A DNA stretch of 64,000 nt from Callorhinchus milii (lineage: Eukaryota): NCBI RefSeq assembly GCF_018977255.1, contig NW_024704744.1, positions 27,838,001-27,902,000 on the forward strand, given 5' to 3'. The translations under genes and the position numbers were made by a program. The first letter of the stretch is position 1, and each line of letters starts with the position of its first letter. The notes under the pieces are model-generated. The model made no database searches, was not told where the DNA came from, and saw nothing but the letters and a program-made list of their open reading frames with translations. This document shows positions 23,503 to 37,699 of the stretch, in pieces.

Positions 23503-25589
23503 AGGAAAATGTTCAAAATAGAGGTTATTTTATCATTATGGAGAGAAAGAGAGAGACAAGAGTAGGCTGGACTGAAACAGGCATTGGAATGGGTTGGAGC
23601 TAGTCCAGTTTGTTAACCTTTCCACAAACTAAGTTCATGTCCTGAATTGTGTTCAGTGTTTTATTGTTTAAAGTGGTCAATTTTCTGAATTAGGTGCTGC
23701 AGGCATAATGAGCAAGGAAGAGTCAGATGATACCTGCTGGATATTAAATTAATATTTATAGTCTATTATTGGATGTTATGTCTTTGATTTTTTCTTAAGA
23801 TCAAGCCTGTTCTGCCACTTCAGATTATCTAACCACTGATACGTTTGGGATAATGGGTTCAGTTCATTTGAACAGTTTGAGCTCTTTACAACATTAGCTT
23901 ACCTTTATGAACAGAGGCTCCCAAATCAGTGGGAGTGTCATGCCAAGATACTATGGTTACTGAGGCTAAAAGGAAAGACCGAACACTGTCATCGACAAGA
24001 AGACATTGTACAGTTTAGCTTATTAAATAGCTAAATGTCTGTGGTACAGTAAATGCTATCCTTTGAGAGGATAACTGCCAGTGGTAACGACATTCAGAAG
24101 TTTTATAAAGTGTTTTGGTTTTTATGATATTTAACTTTTAGTCTCCATAGTAACACATGTTAAGTACCTTCAATGGTAGCCAGATTGTAGTTCTGGAGTC
24201 AGGAAAGTATTTAACTGTTGGAGGCTAAAGGAAACTGATACAAGAACCAATCCCATCCGAGGGAGTCTCTAGTTAGCAAGAGCAAATAGTGATCGTTACA
24301 GTTCTATTTGTTACGTGGAAGAGATGAACAAAGAGCTGCTGGAAGGTCAAAATATTTTTCTAAACAGCCCACTTTTTGCTCTCTCCTGTGCTAGTCCACT
24401 AATTTGGCTAGACACTTGCACAAGAACCATGTGGAGTTATGGGTACAAATCTCAGCAAGGAACGTATAATAGTTCGTGCAGCAAATGATCAACTAAAAAA
24501 CAAAGACATTAGTGACCTGCAACATTTTTGTTTGGTCAGGGAGAAATCTGGCACATCGCTCTTCGTGCTTAAGAGAATCCACTTCCAGCTGTTAAGAAGT
24601 TACAAAAGCTGAGTTTCTGTTTACCAGGTTATATTGAGTGCATTCTTTCTCCCTGTTCTTCTCCCTCTTTCTATGATACACCCTGCACTTGCCTAATTCC
24701 AGAGAACAAAGGTCCTGGTTGCTAGATGTCAAGACACTGGGGCTCCCAAGGTCCACATTTGGTCATGGATAGAATTTAACTTGCTGAGTCCACTTGCAAC
24801 TACTGGCGAGCTTCCCGCTGCTCGTCCAGCTAACATACTCTTACTAAAGTGTCAAGCTTACAGCGTTATAAGTAGTTGAGGGGGAAGAATCCTGTCCACC
24901 AGCAAAATGTCTATTTTTCCAAGGCCCTCTAAGGAACAGTTCAATCATCAACACTATCCTGAAGTAATGCAGACCTGCTTGACTTAGGTATTAAATGATT
25001 GAATCCACCACAGAGAGTTAGTTAATTCAGCTCCACTCTCCCTTTACCTGGTGTGTTAACTTAGAGTCAGCTACAACCCAGAAATATCCTTCTGACCTAC
25101 CACCTCCCATGAAAGAGGATGGTGACAAGTTGGATGTAAGATAGTTGATGAGAGCAATTAACAGCTTTCAGCCGATGGATAGCTTGTACCAGGTGCTTCT
25201 CTTAAGTACTTTGATGAGCAGCATCAATACGCATAATGTGTGTGAATGCATGTGATCATCTTTCAGACTATAATCATATTATACATTATATCCCATTCAA
25301 GAATAATTCCACTATTTGGAGATGCATAGCTTTAATGTAATACTCTGCATAGTCTGCTTATTAATTAAGGTAGCCACTGAACAAGAGCAAATAAGAGCTT
25401 TCAGCAGATGGATAGCGATTGCCATATATAAGAGAGTCTTTCCTCATGTAACCAGTTTTGGCAAAGAGATAAGGCTGACATAATTCTATCTTTGCCTATA
25501 GGTTGCAGAATAATTTAACTGGAAGATGGATTGTTGGTCTGGACACTGCACTGGAGTATCAATACGGCAAAACTTGAACACACAATCTT

Positions 25590-26012
25590 TTAATAATAAT
25601 AATTAAATTTGGTATTGGGCCCTTCACGTCAGGAGGATGTCCCAAAGCACTTCACAGGAATTACTGTAAATTGGAGTGACTGCATTTTTGAAGGCAAGAG
25701 CAGCAACCATTTTGCACACAGCAATGTCCTACAAACAGCGAATTACCAATTTTATTTGGGGGATTATTGGCTAGAACCCAGGGAGAAACTCTCTTCTATT
25801 TTCAAATGGACCAATGTGATCTTTAACGTCCACCTGAACAGTCAAATGGGCCTCTGTTTAACCAAAGGAGAGTATCTCCAACAATGTAGCTACTTCCAGC
25901 ACGGCTCTGGAGTGTCAGCTTAGATGCTATGAGTTCCAAGCACCGACATCGGGCATGAACCCACAATTGCCTGACTCAGAGGTGGGGTGCTATCAACTGA
26001 GGAAGGCTGACA
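25590..26012 (-). mobile_element. Full-length Deu-domain SINE (family B)
   Basis: gatctttaacgtccacctgaacag core; tail and head present. Confidence 0.85.
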
Positions 26013-28088
26013 CGCAACATACATTCTTTCACATAATCATAGAATATTGACAGCTATTTGTAGATAATTTGTCCCACTGAATTGGTGCTGCTATTCGCTA
26101 TCTACTTGAATCCCATTTTTCTGATCTGTCCCTATACTCTATAATAATATTTTTCAACTGAGTATAATGTGCTATAAAACGTGGGTTCATTCTTTAAGCA
26201 GTTATTACAAAAGGCCACTCTATACTTTAATCTATCTTTCAAGATTCCTGACCATCCCGTCTTTTGTGCTGGAAGAACGCCGGCCCTTTAAACTGTATAC
26301 TTTGTTGGCTTGTTTGCAGAACTGGAATTGTTAATTGTGGTAAGTCTACAGTAAAGCAGATTTGTGTAAATATAGAAAGTCAGCTTACATTCCAGTGCAT
26401 TGAATGATGGGAGTTGTCTGTTGCATTTCCTGTCACCAGTTTCTTTGTACGAAAGCAGGAAACTTGAAATAAAGCAGAATTTTTCTCCAAAGGATTCTTT
26501 CATGATGTGGAAGAATACAGCTTAGATATTTCGTAATACGGGTTCTATAAGCAAACTGTAGTGTCTTTGCGAGTCACACTGTTTGGCAAAAGCATGTTTG
26601 TTGAAATTCAGATTTGTTGAGGTAATTACTAGCTCATTAAACTTGTCAACCATGAATATTTCCTGAGTTTGGTGTTTTCTTTAAGAGGTGAACACTAGTT
26701 TAGGCCGGCTCCTAGTGACAATCCCATTATGCTTTGTGATCACATTTGAGATGGTTTCGTCTGAGTCCAGAATTCAGTATCTAAATGTCATCAATTTGAG
26801 TTCATTTGCTATCCTCTCTGGAAAGGTGTCAGGGATAGAAATTATGGAACAGTCAGGTCACAGTGAGAAGAGATAACTGAATGAAGAAAAATAACACTTT
26901 GTGCAAATATCTTAGTTTATATCAAGCCACTCAATCAACTGAAACATCAAATTTCCCATGACATGATAGCATCACCGGTAATAATCATATCAAATGTTAC
27001 ATTTGCCACCCCTCAATAAAGCAGTGAATGAGATAAGGATATTTACCCTTCACAAGTCAACCCTTTCTACAATGCATTTGAAACCGACTCTACAATGAAT
27101 TACCCGACCACTCAATCTCCTGCGGAAAAGCTCCACTTAGAGACTCACTGGACCCCAAAGACAATCAAATAAAAACATCAACATATTTCTCCATCTGAGA
27201 CAAGTCTGCTATTCAAACTTTGCTTCACCTCCTCTCTAGACAACAGTCCCTTCCCCCTTGTATGCAGTAGCATCTTTCACATTGGGATGACATCTCAAAG
27301 AGCTTCCCAATGATCCCTACCCCCATGAACACAGAAACAATGGAGTTTTGGGTCATCTCAGTCAGAACCTGGCCTATATTCTCCTGTGATGTCCTCCAGC
27401 AGATACTGTTCTTTTTCGGAGGGTTTTTTTTATATATAAAGGAGAAGGGCATGGAGGGATATGGGACTAAGGGGAGAGGGGTGGGATTGAATTTATCTGC
27501 TTGCTCTGTGAACCATTGCAGACTCAATGGGCTGAATGGCCTCCTTCTGCATTGTACATTTCTATGTTTCTAGGAGTTAAATCTCGCTGCTCAGAGTTTA
27601 CTCCACAAACCCACTGTTCTGGAGGGCAAATGTTTAAAATAATGGGATTGCAATCAACAACTGAAAGAAAAAGAGACATTAACCTTACTATTTTAATGAA
27701 GGGTCACACCCGAAAATGCAGCCCTTCAGCAACACTATAATCCTTAAGATCACAGATCGTTTTTTCGCTATTGAACATATGTAAACAATTATCTTTTATT
27801 TTGTTCAAATGCTCATCTGTTTATCTCTCTGAAGCCATTAGTAATCTGACTTGATCTGGCCTCTCTGGTAAATGCATTGCATGTTGTAGCCACTGGAAAT
27901 AGAAAAACAGGAAGGATTCCATATGGTAACTGTAAGATGAACTTACTTTAAAATTTGTAGCGATGAAGAATGTAGCGCAGAGGAACAAGGACAGCAGGAA
28001 CGGACCTTTGCTATGAGTTTATCATACTCAGACAGGAGAGTGATATCACTGGTTGCTGAGTAAGCCACAGATGTCCCTTTCACTGTGT

Positions 28089-28424
28089 GATAATGATAAT
28101 AATAATGATAATAATAATAATAATAAGAATAATAATCCTTGTATTTGATATAGTGCTTTTCATGTCTTCTAGATGTCTCAAAGCGCTTCACAGAATAGAC
28201 TGTAAAGTGAATTGACTGTATATTTGTGGGCAAAACATGGCAGCCAATTGCGCACAGCAGTGTTCCACAAACAGTCGTGGATTGAAGTGACCAATTTTTT
28301 TTTGAGGGATTATTATTACATGTATGGAGTAAGGAAACCTGCCCAAGGTTTTGCTCTGCCGGGAATCGAACCCAAGTCTCTCGCTTGCGAGGCAAGTGCT
28401 CTAACCACTGAGGTACAGGACTCC
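28089..28424 (-). mobile_element. SINE family A with long (AAT)n tail
   Basis: Head gggaatcgaacccaagtctctcgcttgcgaggcaagtgctctaaccactgag; tail microsatellite at 28089-28137. Confidence 0.92.
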
Positions 28425-28976
28425 GATCAAGGACATGTGTTTAACGAGGCACTGGGATCCAACATACTAAACCTGCATTATTAACAAAACTCAACACAAT
28501 ATATCACAAAGTTTAGAGCACAAGGGTTTGAGAGATTTGAGTGACAAATTCAGTCAGTTGTCTTTGTGGGCAACGTACATGGTTTAATCTGAAGCTGATT
28601 CACAACAAGGTAAATTGGCATTTAAAACTATTGAGAGGACTAAGTGGAAGATGATGGAATAATAAATACACATTTATTTGCATTGCCGTTGTTTGGAGAG
28701 GCAGCAGGTTTGGAACAGGACAAAATGCCGCGTGTTCTCCAGATTCCAGGCACTTTCACCTGGCCTAGAGGAGAATGCAGGGTTGAAATACACCTGGGGG
28801 AAAGTGCAGCAAAAGCTGAATAATCTAAAAGTATTATTATTTTTTATTTTATTTAAAAATAAATAAAATCTTTATCAAATTTTGATGATTTGATAAAACA
28901 TCAAATGTTCCGTGGCACAAAAAAATTTTTTCCCAGTGCCCTGGCCAATGATTCTCAGATGTAATTGGCCACGGCT

Positions 28977-29556
28977 CTCACACACAGAGACACACACACT
29001 CACAGATACACAGAGACACACACACTCACAGACACACAGAGACGCACACACAGAGACACACACACACACAGACACACAGGAATGCAGAGACATACACACT
29101 CACACAGAGAGACCCACACACTCATACATAGACACACAGAGACACACACTCACACAGAGACACACATATTCATACACACACACAGAGACACACACGCATA
29201 CACACAGAGTCACTCACACATACAGACACACACACTCACACAGAGACACACACACACAGACACAGAGACACACACACTTACACACACAGAGACATCCACA
29301 CACTCACAGACACTCACACAGAGACACTCACACACACACTCACAGAGACACACACACTCACACACAGAGAGACACACACTCATACACACACACACACTCA
29401 TACATACAGAGGCACACACTCAAACACACTCATACACAGAGAGACACACACTCATACACACTCACACACACAGAGAGACAGACACTCACACTCACAGAGA
29501 CATACTCACAGACACACACTCACACACAGAGAGACACACACTCACTCACCCAGACA
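28977..29556. repeat. Compound (CA)n/(CAGA)/(CACT) simple-repeat tract
   Basis: Directly visible; produces the spurious HT-rich ORFs. Confidence 0.97.
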
Positions 29557-30479
29557 ATCACAACAGCAGGAGCGAGTGAAGCCCATTTGCCGCTCACCCC
29601 ACACCGCGCATGCATATCGGAGTGTCCCTGCCCACAGTGACAACACGTAAACATCCATGAGGCCCACGGGCTGGACACTACATTGATAGTGGGTTTGTAG
29701 CGATGGGTTGTTTGTGGATTCCGCGGAAAAAGTGCGGCCGCACTTTTCTATTGGCCCAGGCCATGACCATAGGCCCAGTGGTGATAAGGTACTCTATCAA
29801 ATGCAAGGATTATTACTATTATTATTATTATTATTATTTTTAGTATTCAGTAAATTCGCTCCAATGATATTGCACCATGGAAACATCACTTGTATAAGAC
29901 TTGTGGCTGAGTTTGATTAACGCAGGTGTAGGTCGTGCTAACATTCCTTTCCTATCATTAAAGAAAGGAAGAGAAGACAAAGAAGAGCTGTTTCTATGAA
30001 TGGGCTATAATTTGTTATATTCACAAAAGGAAGTGCAAATTGTGATTTCTGAAAATGTCTAAATACAGTAATATATAAATAATCCAGTGATATTAACATG
30101 ATGAAGATTAGTGACTGATTGTGAAATAACTGTAATAGTAATTCTTAAACCTTCCACGCCAGGAGGACGTTCTAAAGAGCTTCACTGGATATATCGTAAA
30201 GTGGAGGGACTATGTTTTGTGGGAAAATGCAGCAGCCGATTTGCACACAACAATGTTCCACGATCAGCCAGTAAGTGAATGATCTATTTTATTTGGGGAA
30301 TTGAATTCTCAGTCAGGTTTGGGTATTTGGACACCTGGCTGACCAAATAAATGAAGGTGAAAAAAATGTATCAATGATGTGATAGTTATCACCGATGATA
30401 TTTTAACATTGAATCCAAAGATTTTGATGAACCCATTTATAAAGGGAAAACCTACGGTGGTCTTTTCCACTATATAGCA

Positions 30480-30680
30480 TCACAACCAAGCCTGGTCATC
30501 CACATACACCGCCAAGAGTGGAAACACTGGCGGATTTTCCACTCCCTAAACACACACAATGAGGCCAACTATAACACCTCAGCCAAGTTCAGCTAAGCCA
30601 GTAGGGACTAGAATTCAAACCTCAGACCTGTGTGGCTCAGCTACTCACTAGATAGAGTCACTAAGCTTTCTGGGGAGCTG
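30480..30680 (-). mobile_element. Ancient SINE-like element (MER131-like), degraded
   Basis: Reverse complement resembles 63110-63330 (tgaggccaactat...agttcagctaag...ggggagct). Confidence 0.45.
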
Positions 30681-31339
30681 GAGATCTAAAACAGCCAAAG
30701 TGGGGTGAATGGTACCTCACTCAATCACTAAAAACAAGCTGTACTTGATTTGGTCATGAAATGGTGCCTCTGCACAGTGATTTATTTTCCATATTGGGTC
30801 CGAATTCCACGCACTGTTCAATAACTAAGGGATTTTGAAAGTATTCTGTGGACAAATGGTATAGAGTGAAAAATGTGATGTTCCAAAACAGATTCAACAC
30901 AAATTATTATTGGCCTGAATTTGTTTTGGTGATACAGGGGAGCCCTGTTATAGTGCTTTTAGATAGAGCACTGCATGGTGTATAGTGCATGGCTCTATGG
31001 ACATTGATACTGCTGACAATGCGGATTTGTGCTAACAGGCAGCATGGTACACCCAGTCTCCGGTGCTAGTTAGTCATATAAAAAAAATTGGTGATGTCCA
31101 AGTTGTCAGGACATTGCTGAAATCGCTTCATGAGTGGATGCACATTATGCACAAGAAGCGCCATGAACATTACCTTGCGGAGAAAACGTCTACAGCACTT
31201 TTGTACTTAGTGTGCAACACATAGAAAGTGATGTCAGCAGTGACCTGGAGATCACAAAGTCATCCTTTTTTTTTAGTCTTTTACTTGTAACTCCATCAGT
31301 AAGACTTTGGACTCAGCCCTATAAAGAGATTCCTTTGTA

Positions 31340-31690
31340 CTAATAATAATAATACTAATAAGCCTTATATTTGGTATAGCATTTTACAATACGCTTCACA
31401 GGCTTTATTGTGAAGTCTAGTAACTGTATTTTTCTGGGTGAACACAGCAGCCATTTTACACACAGCAATGTCCCCAAAACAGCCATGAAGTAATTGTGCA
31501 GTTTTATTTGTGGGATAAATTGGTCAGGACACTTGGAGAAGCTGCCTTCTCTTTTTGAACAGTGCCGTGGGATCTCTAATGTCCACCTAAACCAGCAGAT
31601 GGGCCTTGGTTTAAAGTCTCATCTGAAGAACGACACCTCCGACAACGCAGCAAACCTTCTGATGCAGAGAGTGTGAGCCAGGCTGGCACA
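31340..31690 (-). mobile_element. Deu-domain SINE (family B)
   Basis: gtgccgtgggatctctaatgtccacc...gtctcatctgaagaacgacacctccgacaacgcagc. Confidence 0.85.
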
Positions 31691-33848
31691 CAAATGATCG
31701 CACTGATAACCAAATGAAACAAATGCAACATCTCGACTTTCTGACTGGGCTGGCATGAAGCACACTTAGGATATTACTGCACTTTTGTGTATGGGGGTTT
31801 ATTGCAACTAGAGCCAAAGATAGGGTGACACATTCAGCACATAGCTCCTCAATCCTAGAAATAGTGAAATAGAGAATGTCAAGTACACAGGTAGCAAAGA
31901 CAAACATTTCATTTATAACAGCCACACATAATCCTTCTTTATCATATCCAGTGCACAGCCCACACACTAACCCCAGATACAATCATTAAATCACCAACTC
32001 TACATCCACAAACATATCCACTTACACAGTCCCCACACTCATTTTAATATGGGGGATTTTGGTATTCATAAATGCATTACATTCCTTATTTATTGTTGGT
32101 GAAAATTAAGGAACAATACAAAAATTGCATTAGAGAATATGCCCTTAAAACTTATTTTTGTTGATAGATTTGCAATTGAACAACTCCTGCCTTGGGGAGA
32201 ATAGTTTGTTTCTAAGCTTCTCACAGTCAAATTGGCTGCTATTTAAGTTACAATTTAGAGATATTGATTGTTAACCACTAAACTAGATTTAACTTTAAAA
32301 TGATGCTTTGAAAATTATTCCTTAGGCCAGTATTTGCATCTGGCAAAGAAGCGGAAAACACATGCTCTCTGGTTAAAGACTTTTGTGATGTTCACTGAAT
32401 TCTCTAAACCGGTGCTAATGCCAGTGTCCAAGGTTGATAGGTACTGCCAGCTAACAGCTTTGGGTGCAACTATGATAATATCATTTTGAAAAAATTAGGG
32501 TTTGTAGGGTTATGGGGAGAAAGCTGGTGATTGGGGTTAGTGAAAGTGACTTGCTCTGTCAAAGAGCCAGCACAGACTCGATGGGCCGAATGGCCTCCTT
32601 CTGTGCCGTAACATTCTATGAATCTATAAATCATCATAATAATAATAATCGTTTCATTTGACATAGCGTCTTATCATGTCTGAAGGTCCTGTCAATGTGC
32701 TTCAGCATGTGAAGGAAAGATAGTTTTAGTGCTCTGTGATACTACCCTGCGTGAAGGGCACTATATAACTGCAAATTGTTGTTATAGTTCATCTACAGAC
32801 AAGCGAGGTTATGGGGAAAAAGCCTGGATAAGATCTAGAATAAGCATATTTGTGGAGTATAAACGCCGGCTGGACTGGATGGGCTGAATGGCCTGCTTTT
32901 GAGCTGTATCTTCTAACAATCTATAAGGACGCCCTGCTCGGGTCCTAATGCCTTACTGTTCAGCGCTTTGGGAAGTCCTCCCGATGTAAAGGCCCTGTAC
33001 AAATGTAATTTTGTATTGTATTGTATCTATAAATCTATTAGCAAGCATGGAACAGAATATCTCACCATGTGTATAATAATCACATGCAATATTTTCACGC
33101 TCATCTCTTGGAAATTGATCTCTGAGTTTTCTTTGTACAATCCTTGCCTTATTGTCACCCCAAGTCCTACATTTCATAGACTCATAGTAATGTTAGAGCA
33201 CAAAAAGTGACCATTCAACCCATTTCAGTGACTTAAATAGCAATTGACGAAGATCAGGTACTCATTACTATTAAAAACAAGTCAGCTTCCTTTTTAGATC
33301 GATTCTTTATGAGGTATTAACATCTCCTTCTCTGTCTGGTTCCTATTATTCCAAAGAAAACTTCATTTTCAATGTGATCTTTGAACATTGTTTTCATCTA
33401 TTTTGCTGCATGTATTTCCCAGTAAATTATAGTTTTACTTCTTTCAGTATTCTCTTATTTTTTTCAGAAACACTAAACTCTAACACTATAATTTACTATT
33501 CTTAACACCATGAAAGAGAGATCAGGGCTATTTTTTCAAATAAGATATTTATTTCCAAAAACTGAGCAGACTTAACTCACTGTTCTCCATCTTTCAACAA
33601 GGATGTTGTTTATACTGTATCTACAGGTTCATTAATCAACCCATACACCCAGAGGTTGCTATTCCAGGATTTTGGACCTTAGTTTATTGTCACCTGTTCT
33701 ACAATTCACAAGATCAACCAGAGGTTGAGATGAACAAGGCCTGTTGACCCATTTAATCTCATTCTTCCAGATTACCCACCTTACCATCCTCCTATCACAG
33801 CACTTGAATGAGTCCAGCATCTTGGTCTCAACTTACTTTCTGGTAACC

Positions 33849-34529
33849 AGCAGCAAGCAACTAAAAAGACGAACGGCATGTTAGCGTTCATTGCAAAAGG
33901 TTTAGAGTACAAGAGTAGGGAAGTCTTACTGCAACTGTATAGGGCCTTGGTGAGACTGCACCTGGAGTATTGTGTGCAGTTTCGGTCTCCTTATTTAAAA
34001 AAGGACATACTTGCCCTAGAGGGGGGGCAGCGTAGATTCACTTGGTTAGTTCCTGGGATGCAGGGACTGACCTATGAGGATAGGCTGAATAAACTAGGGC
34101 TATAATCTCTGGAGTACAGAATTAGGGGAGATCTTATTGAAACATGTAAGATTCTTAAAGGGCTGGATAAAGTAGACACTGAGGGTCTGTTTCCCCTGGT
34201 AGGAGAATCTATAACCAGGGGTCACAGTCTTAAAATTAAGGGTCAGCCTTTTAGAACAGAGTTGAGGAAACACTTCTTCACTCAGAGAGTAGTGAATTTA
34301 TGGAATTCACTCCCCCAGAAGGCTGTAGATACTCAGTCCTTGAACATCTTCAAGGCTGAGACTGATAGATTTTTTAAAAAACAGAGGGATTACGGGACAT
34401 GGGGATAGGGCAGGTAATTAGAGTTAGGTCTGAAGATCAACCATGATCTTATCGAATGGCGGGGCAGGCTCGAGTGGCTGAATGGCCTACTCCTGCTCCT
34501 ATTTCTTATGTTCTTATGTTCTTATGTTC
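33849..34529 (+). mobile_element. 5'-truncated CR1 LINE with (TTCTTATG)n tail, nested in an older minus-strand CR1
   Basis: ORF 33878..34105 LYRALVRLHLEYCVQFRSPY; tail at 34502-34529; taacc at 33844-33848 and 34530-34534; same family as 6512-7290. Confidence 0.93.
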
Positions 34530-35314
34530 TAACCTGTTCCAGTCATTAATTACCCTCTGGGCAAAGAAATACTGTACTTCCTAGTGTTGGCCCTGAAATT
34601 GCCCTTTGCAATTCTAAACCTAAGTCCTCTTGTTCCTGCAGTTTTGATGCATTGAAAAGTATTTTTCTGAGTTTATTTTCTCAACTCCATTTAAGATCCT
34701 TTATAATGTTCCCTATGAGATCTCCTTCAAAACTAGAGCCCTAGTTTGTTTAATCATTGTTCACAACGACAACAACTCGCATTTTTATAACACCCTTCAA
34801 GCAGGACAATGTCTCAGAGCTCATTCCTCTAACACTGGGGATCAACATCATTGTTCATCTCTGCACAGTCTCCAAAGGCTTGGGCAGCTCCTTTATGTCA
34901 CTGTGACCAGAACTGTCTGTGGCTGATTAGTTGTGTCCTGATCAGAGCACTATACAGCTTCTCTAATCAATATTATCACAAAAGCACAATAAGTAAAGCA
35001 TCTGTTCTATGCCCAGTACATAACTCTACACTTTACTGTAGAAATGTTACCTAAATCATGTAAATCAACCCTTAACCCATAACTGTAACCAATACAGTTC
35101 TCTGTGTTGGCCAAAATTCACATGTAACTATGTGTCAGTGGAATGTGACTATACGCAATACAACAGATCCCACAAATAATAATAATCTTACATTTGGCAT
35201 AGCACTTTATCACATCAGGAGGATGTCTCAAAGCGCTTTATAGGATATACACAGAAGGAAAAACTTCCTTCTTTTCAAATAATAAATCTCTCCTTTATCA
35301 TCTCTCCTAGTAAA

Positions 35315-35875
35315 GGTCTCCATAACCCTTAATATTCCTTGTTTTGAAGCAATGATTTGATTCCCTTTTAAAATAATTTATAGGCTCTTTCCAGCCGCAC
35401 AGGAAGCACTAGGGACAGGGATTCTTCCCACTTATCTCCTGTTCACCTGCAAACCAAAGTCCTAATGTGTAGGGTGGTCTGAGCTGGACAAGCAGCAGGA
35501 AGCTTGCCAAGATTTTCAGCATTTCCTGCTTCGATCTCTTGATTATTCTGAGACGCCTTCCATAGATTCCTAGAATATTACAGCACACAAGTAATCCATT
35601 TGGCCCATCTTGTGTGCACTGGTGAGTTTCTCCACAGACGCCACCTAATCTAATCTGACTTGCCTTCCTGCTCTCCATAATCTTTAATATTCTTTATTTT
35701 GAAGCATTGATCTAATTTAATTTTAAACTTTTTTTTAGGTTCATTCCAATGGGGCAGGGACCAGTAGGAGAAGAGATTCTTCCCACTCAGCCCCTGTTAA
35801 CCCTGCAAGCCAAAGTTCTATTGGGTACGTTGAATCTAGATGGCCAAGCAGTGGGAACCTTGTCAGTCAGTGCTC
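35315..35875 (-). repeat. Two tandem copies of a CR1-tail plus unclassified module unit
   Basis: ctccataa..ttaatattc..ttttgaagca..gattcttcccact..ctgcaa.ccaaagt seen at ~35320-35510 and ~35675-35870. Confidence 0.7.
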
Positions 35876-36415
35876 TCAGTGGCAAGCTATGTGGTTTGAG
35901 TTGGTTAAAGTCCAGCAGTACTCCAACGCACATTTACCAATCTGCGCCTAAAACTTTCTGGATGAGCACTCCAGAGTGCTTGTCAGACACATATAGGCTG
36001 ACCCAAAATAAATCCAGTGAATGTTGTGCCATGTTCTCTACAGCAGAGGGCATCAGTGTTGCATTAAACCAGGAGTTGTCTTTTGGATGAGTGAACAACA
36101 GTTTTTGTCGGGATGTTGAACTCTATTGATGGAGAAGCAAGAGAGTTTCAGATTTATAAAAGCATAATCAGCTAATTGTTTTCAGAATATTGTATTGAAC
36201 TAACATTTCCAAGGAAAATATTTAGAGGTTGATAATGGTTCATCAAATCAAACTCGCTTTATGTGAGTTCGTAGCAAGAACATTAGCACTAAATGGAAAA
36301 AGACATTCATCCCATCAATCTCACTGCTTCACATAGAAAGTGTTCCCTATCATAAATAATTGTAATTAAACTTTGTAGTAAAGTCCTGTCAAGTGCCTTG
36401 AGATGTTTTGATGTC

Positions 36416-36612
36416 ATAATAATAATAATAATAATAATAATCCTTGCATTTGATATAGCGTTTTTCACATTTTCTAGACTCAGCGCTTTACAGAATGTAC
36501 TGTAAAGTGAATTGACTGATTGACTGTATATTTGTGGGAGAAATGCGGCAGCCAATTTTGCACAGCAGTGTCCCACAAACAGTCGTGGATTGAGGTGACC
36601 AATTTATTATTG
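36416..36612 (-). mobile_element. SINE family A 3' half
   Basis: (aat)n tail; cagtgtcccacaaacagtcgtggattgaggtgacc. Confidence 0.88.
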
Positions 36613-37285
36613 TTTTTTTTGCTTGAGGGATAAAACACTCTATTAAATGCACGGACTATTATAATATATTTTTGGATACCATTGTTTCCCTTTCTTCCTG
36701 ATGAAGGTATTCTGTTGCTGTTTCTTATTTTGCTGAGAATAAGCAAAATTCATAGGTTTATGGGAAAACAAGGTTTCATCTTAAACAGTAACTGGATTAA
36801 ATTGTCTTGGTCAGTATAAGAATAACAGATCATCTCAAGAACTATAAAAAAACGACTTCAAAATTAAGACTGCTAACAATTTGCCATCTTCTCCATCTTC
36901 GGGTCATACTTGATGATCTTCCTTTTCAATTGTGATTAAGGTCACCTCGCCCATCGTTCTGGCTTGGTGTTGTGCTCCACCATGTCAAGTGCTCTGGCAC
37001 GCTACCCTGTGTGAAGGGCGTATGTAATTGCAAGTTGTTTTTGTTGTTGTTGCATTATCAGTTAGTGATCCAATGGGTAAAAGGCACCACCAGATACAAT
37101 GTCGAAAAGGATTACTTGTGTTAGTTAATCCCATTTTGTCATGGCTCAAAAAGAATTTAAATGAAGCTACACCACACACCATGCTCAGTCAGTGTGAAAT
37201 CATAATGTGGATTTTGATAGGTAAATACATAGATTTGTTTCCAGCATATTCATTTTTACAAAATGAATAATACATAACCTCTGTA

Positions 37286-37594
37286 AATAATAATAATCCT
37301 TGCATCTGATATAACACTTTTCACGTCTTCTAGACGTCTCAAAGTGCTTCACAGAATATACTGTAGTGAATTGACTGTATATTTGTGGGTGAAAAACGGC
37401 AGCCAATTGCGTACAGCAGTGTCCCACAGTCGTGGATTGAAGTGACCAATTTTATTATCGTTTTTTTTTCTTGAGGGATTATTATCAGGCGTATGGAGTA
37501 AGAAAACTTGCCCAAGGTTTCGCCCTACCGGGAATCAAACCCAGATCTCTCGCTTGCAAGGCGAGTGCTCTAACCACTGAGTTACAAGACTCCT
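37286..37594 (-). mobile_element. SINE family A
   Basis: Complete head (gcaaggcgagtgctctaaccactgagttacaagactcc) and tail. Confidence 0.92.
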
Positions 37595-37699
37595 GCTGCA
37601 AATATATCCTGCAGTTTAAAAATATATATTTTTTCCAACCAATTAACTTCCTGACGTCTGATTATTATTAATATTAATATTATTATTCCACCCATTGTG

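Noticed and set aside
28875-29640. Long HT-rich and CV-rich ORFs (242 aa, 204 aa)
   Set aside because: Translation of the CA microsatellite
32850-32915. Near-identical segment to 50948-51012
   Set aside because: Both are short CR1-type 3' tail fragments, not a segmental duplication
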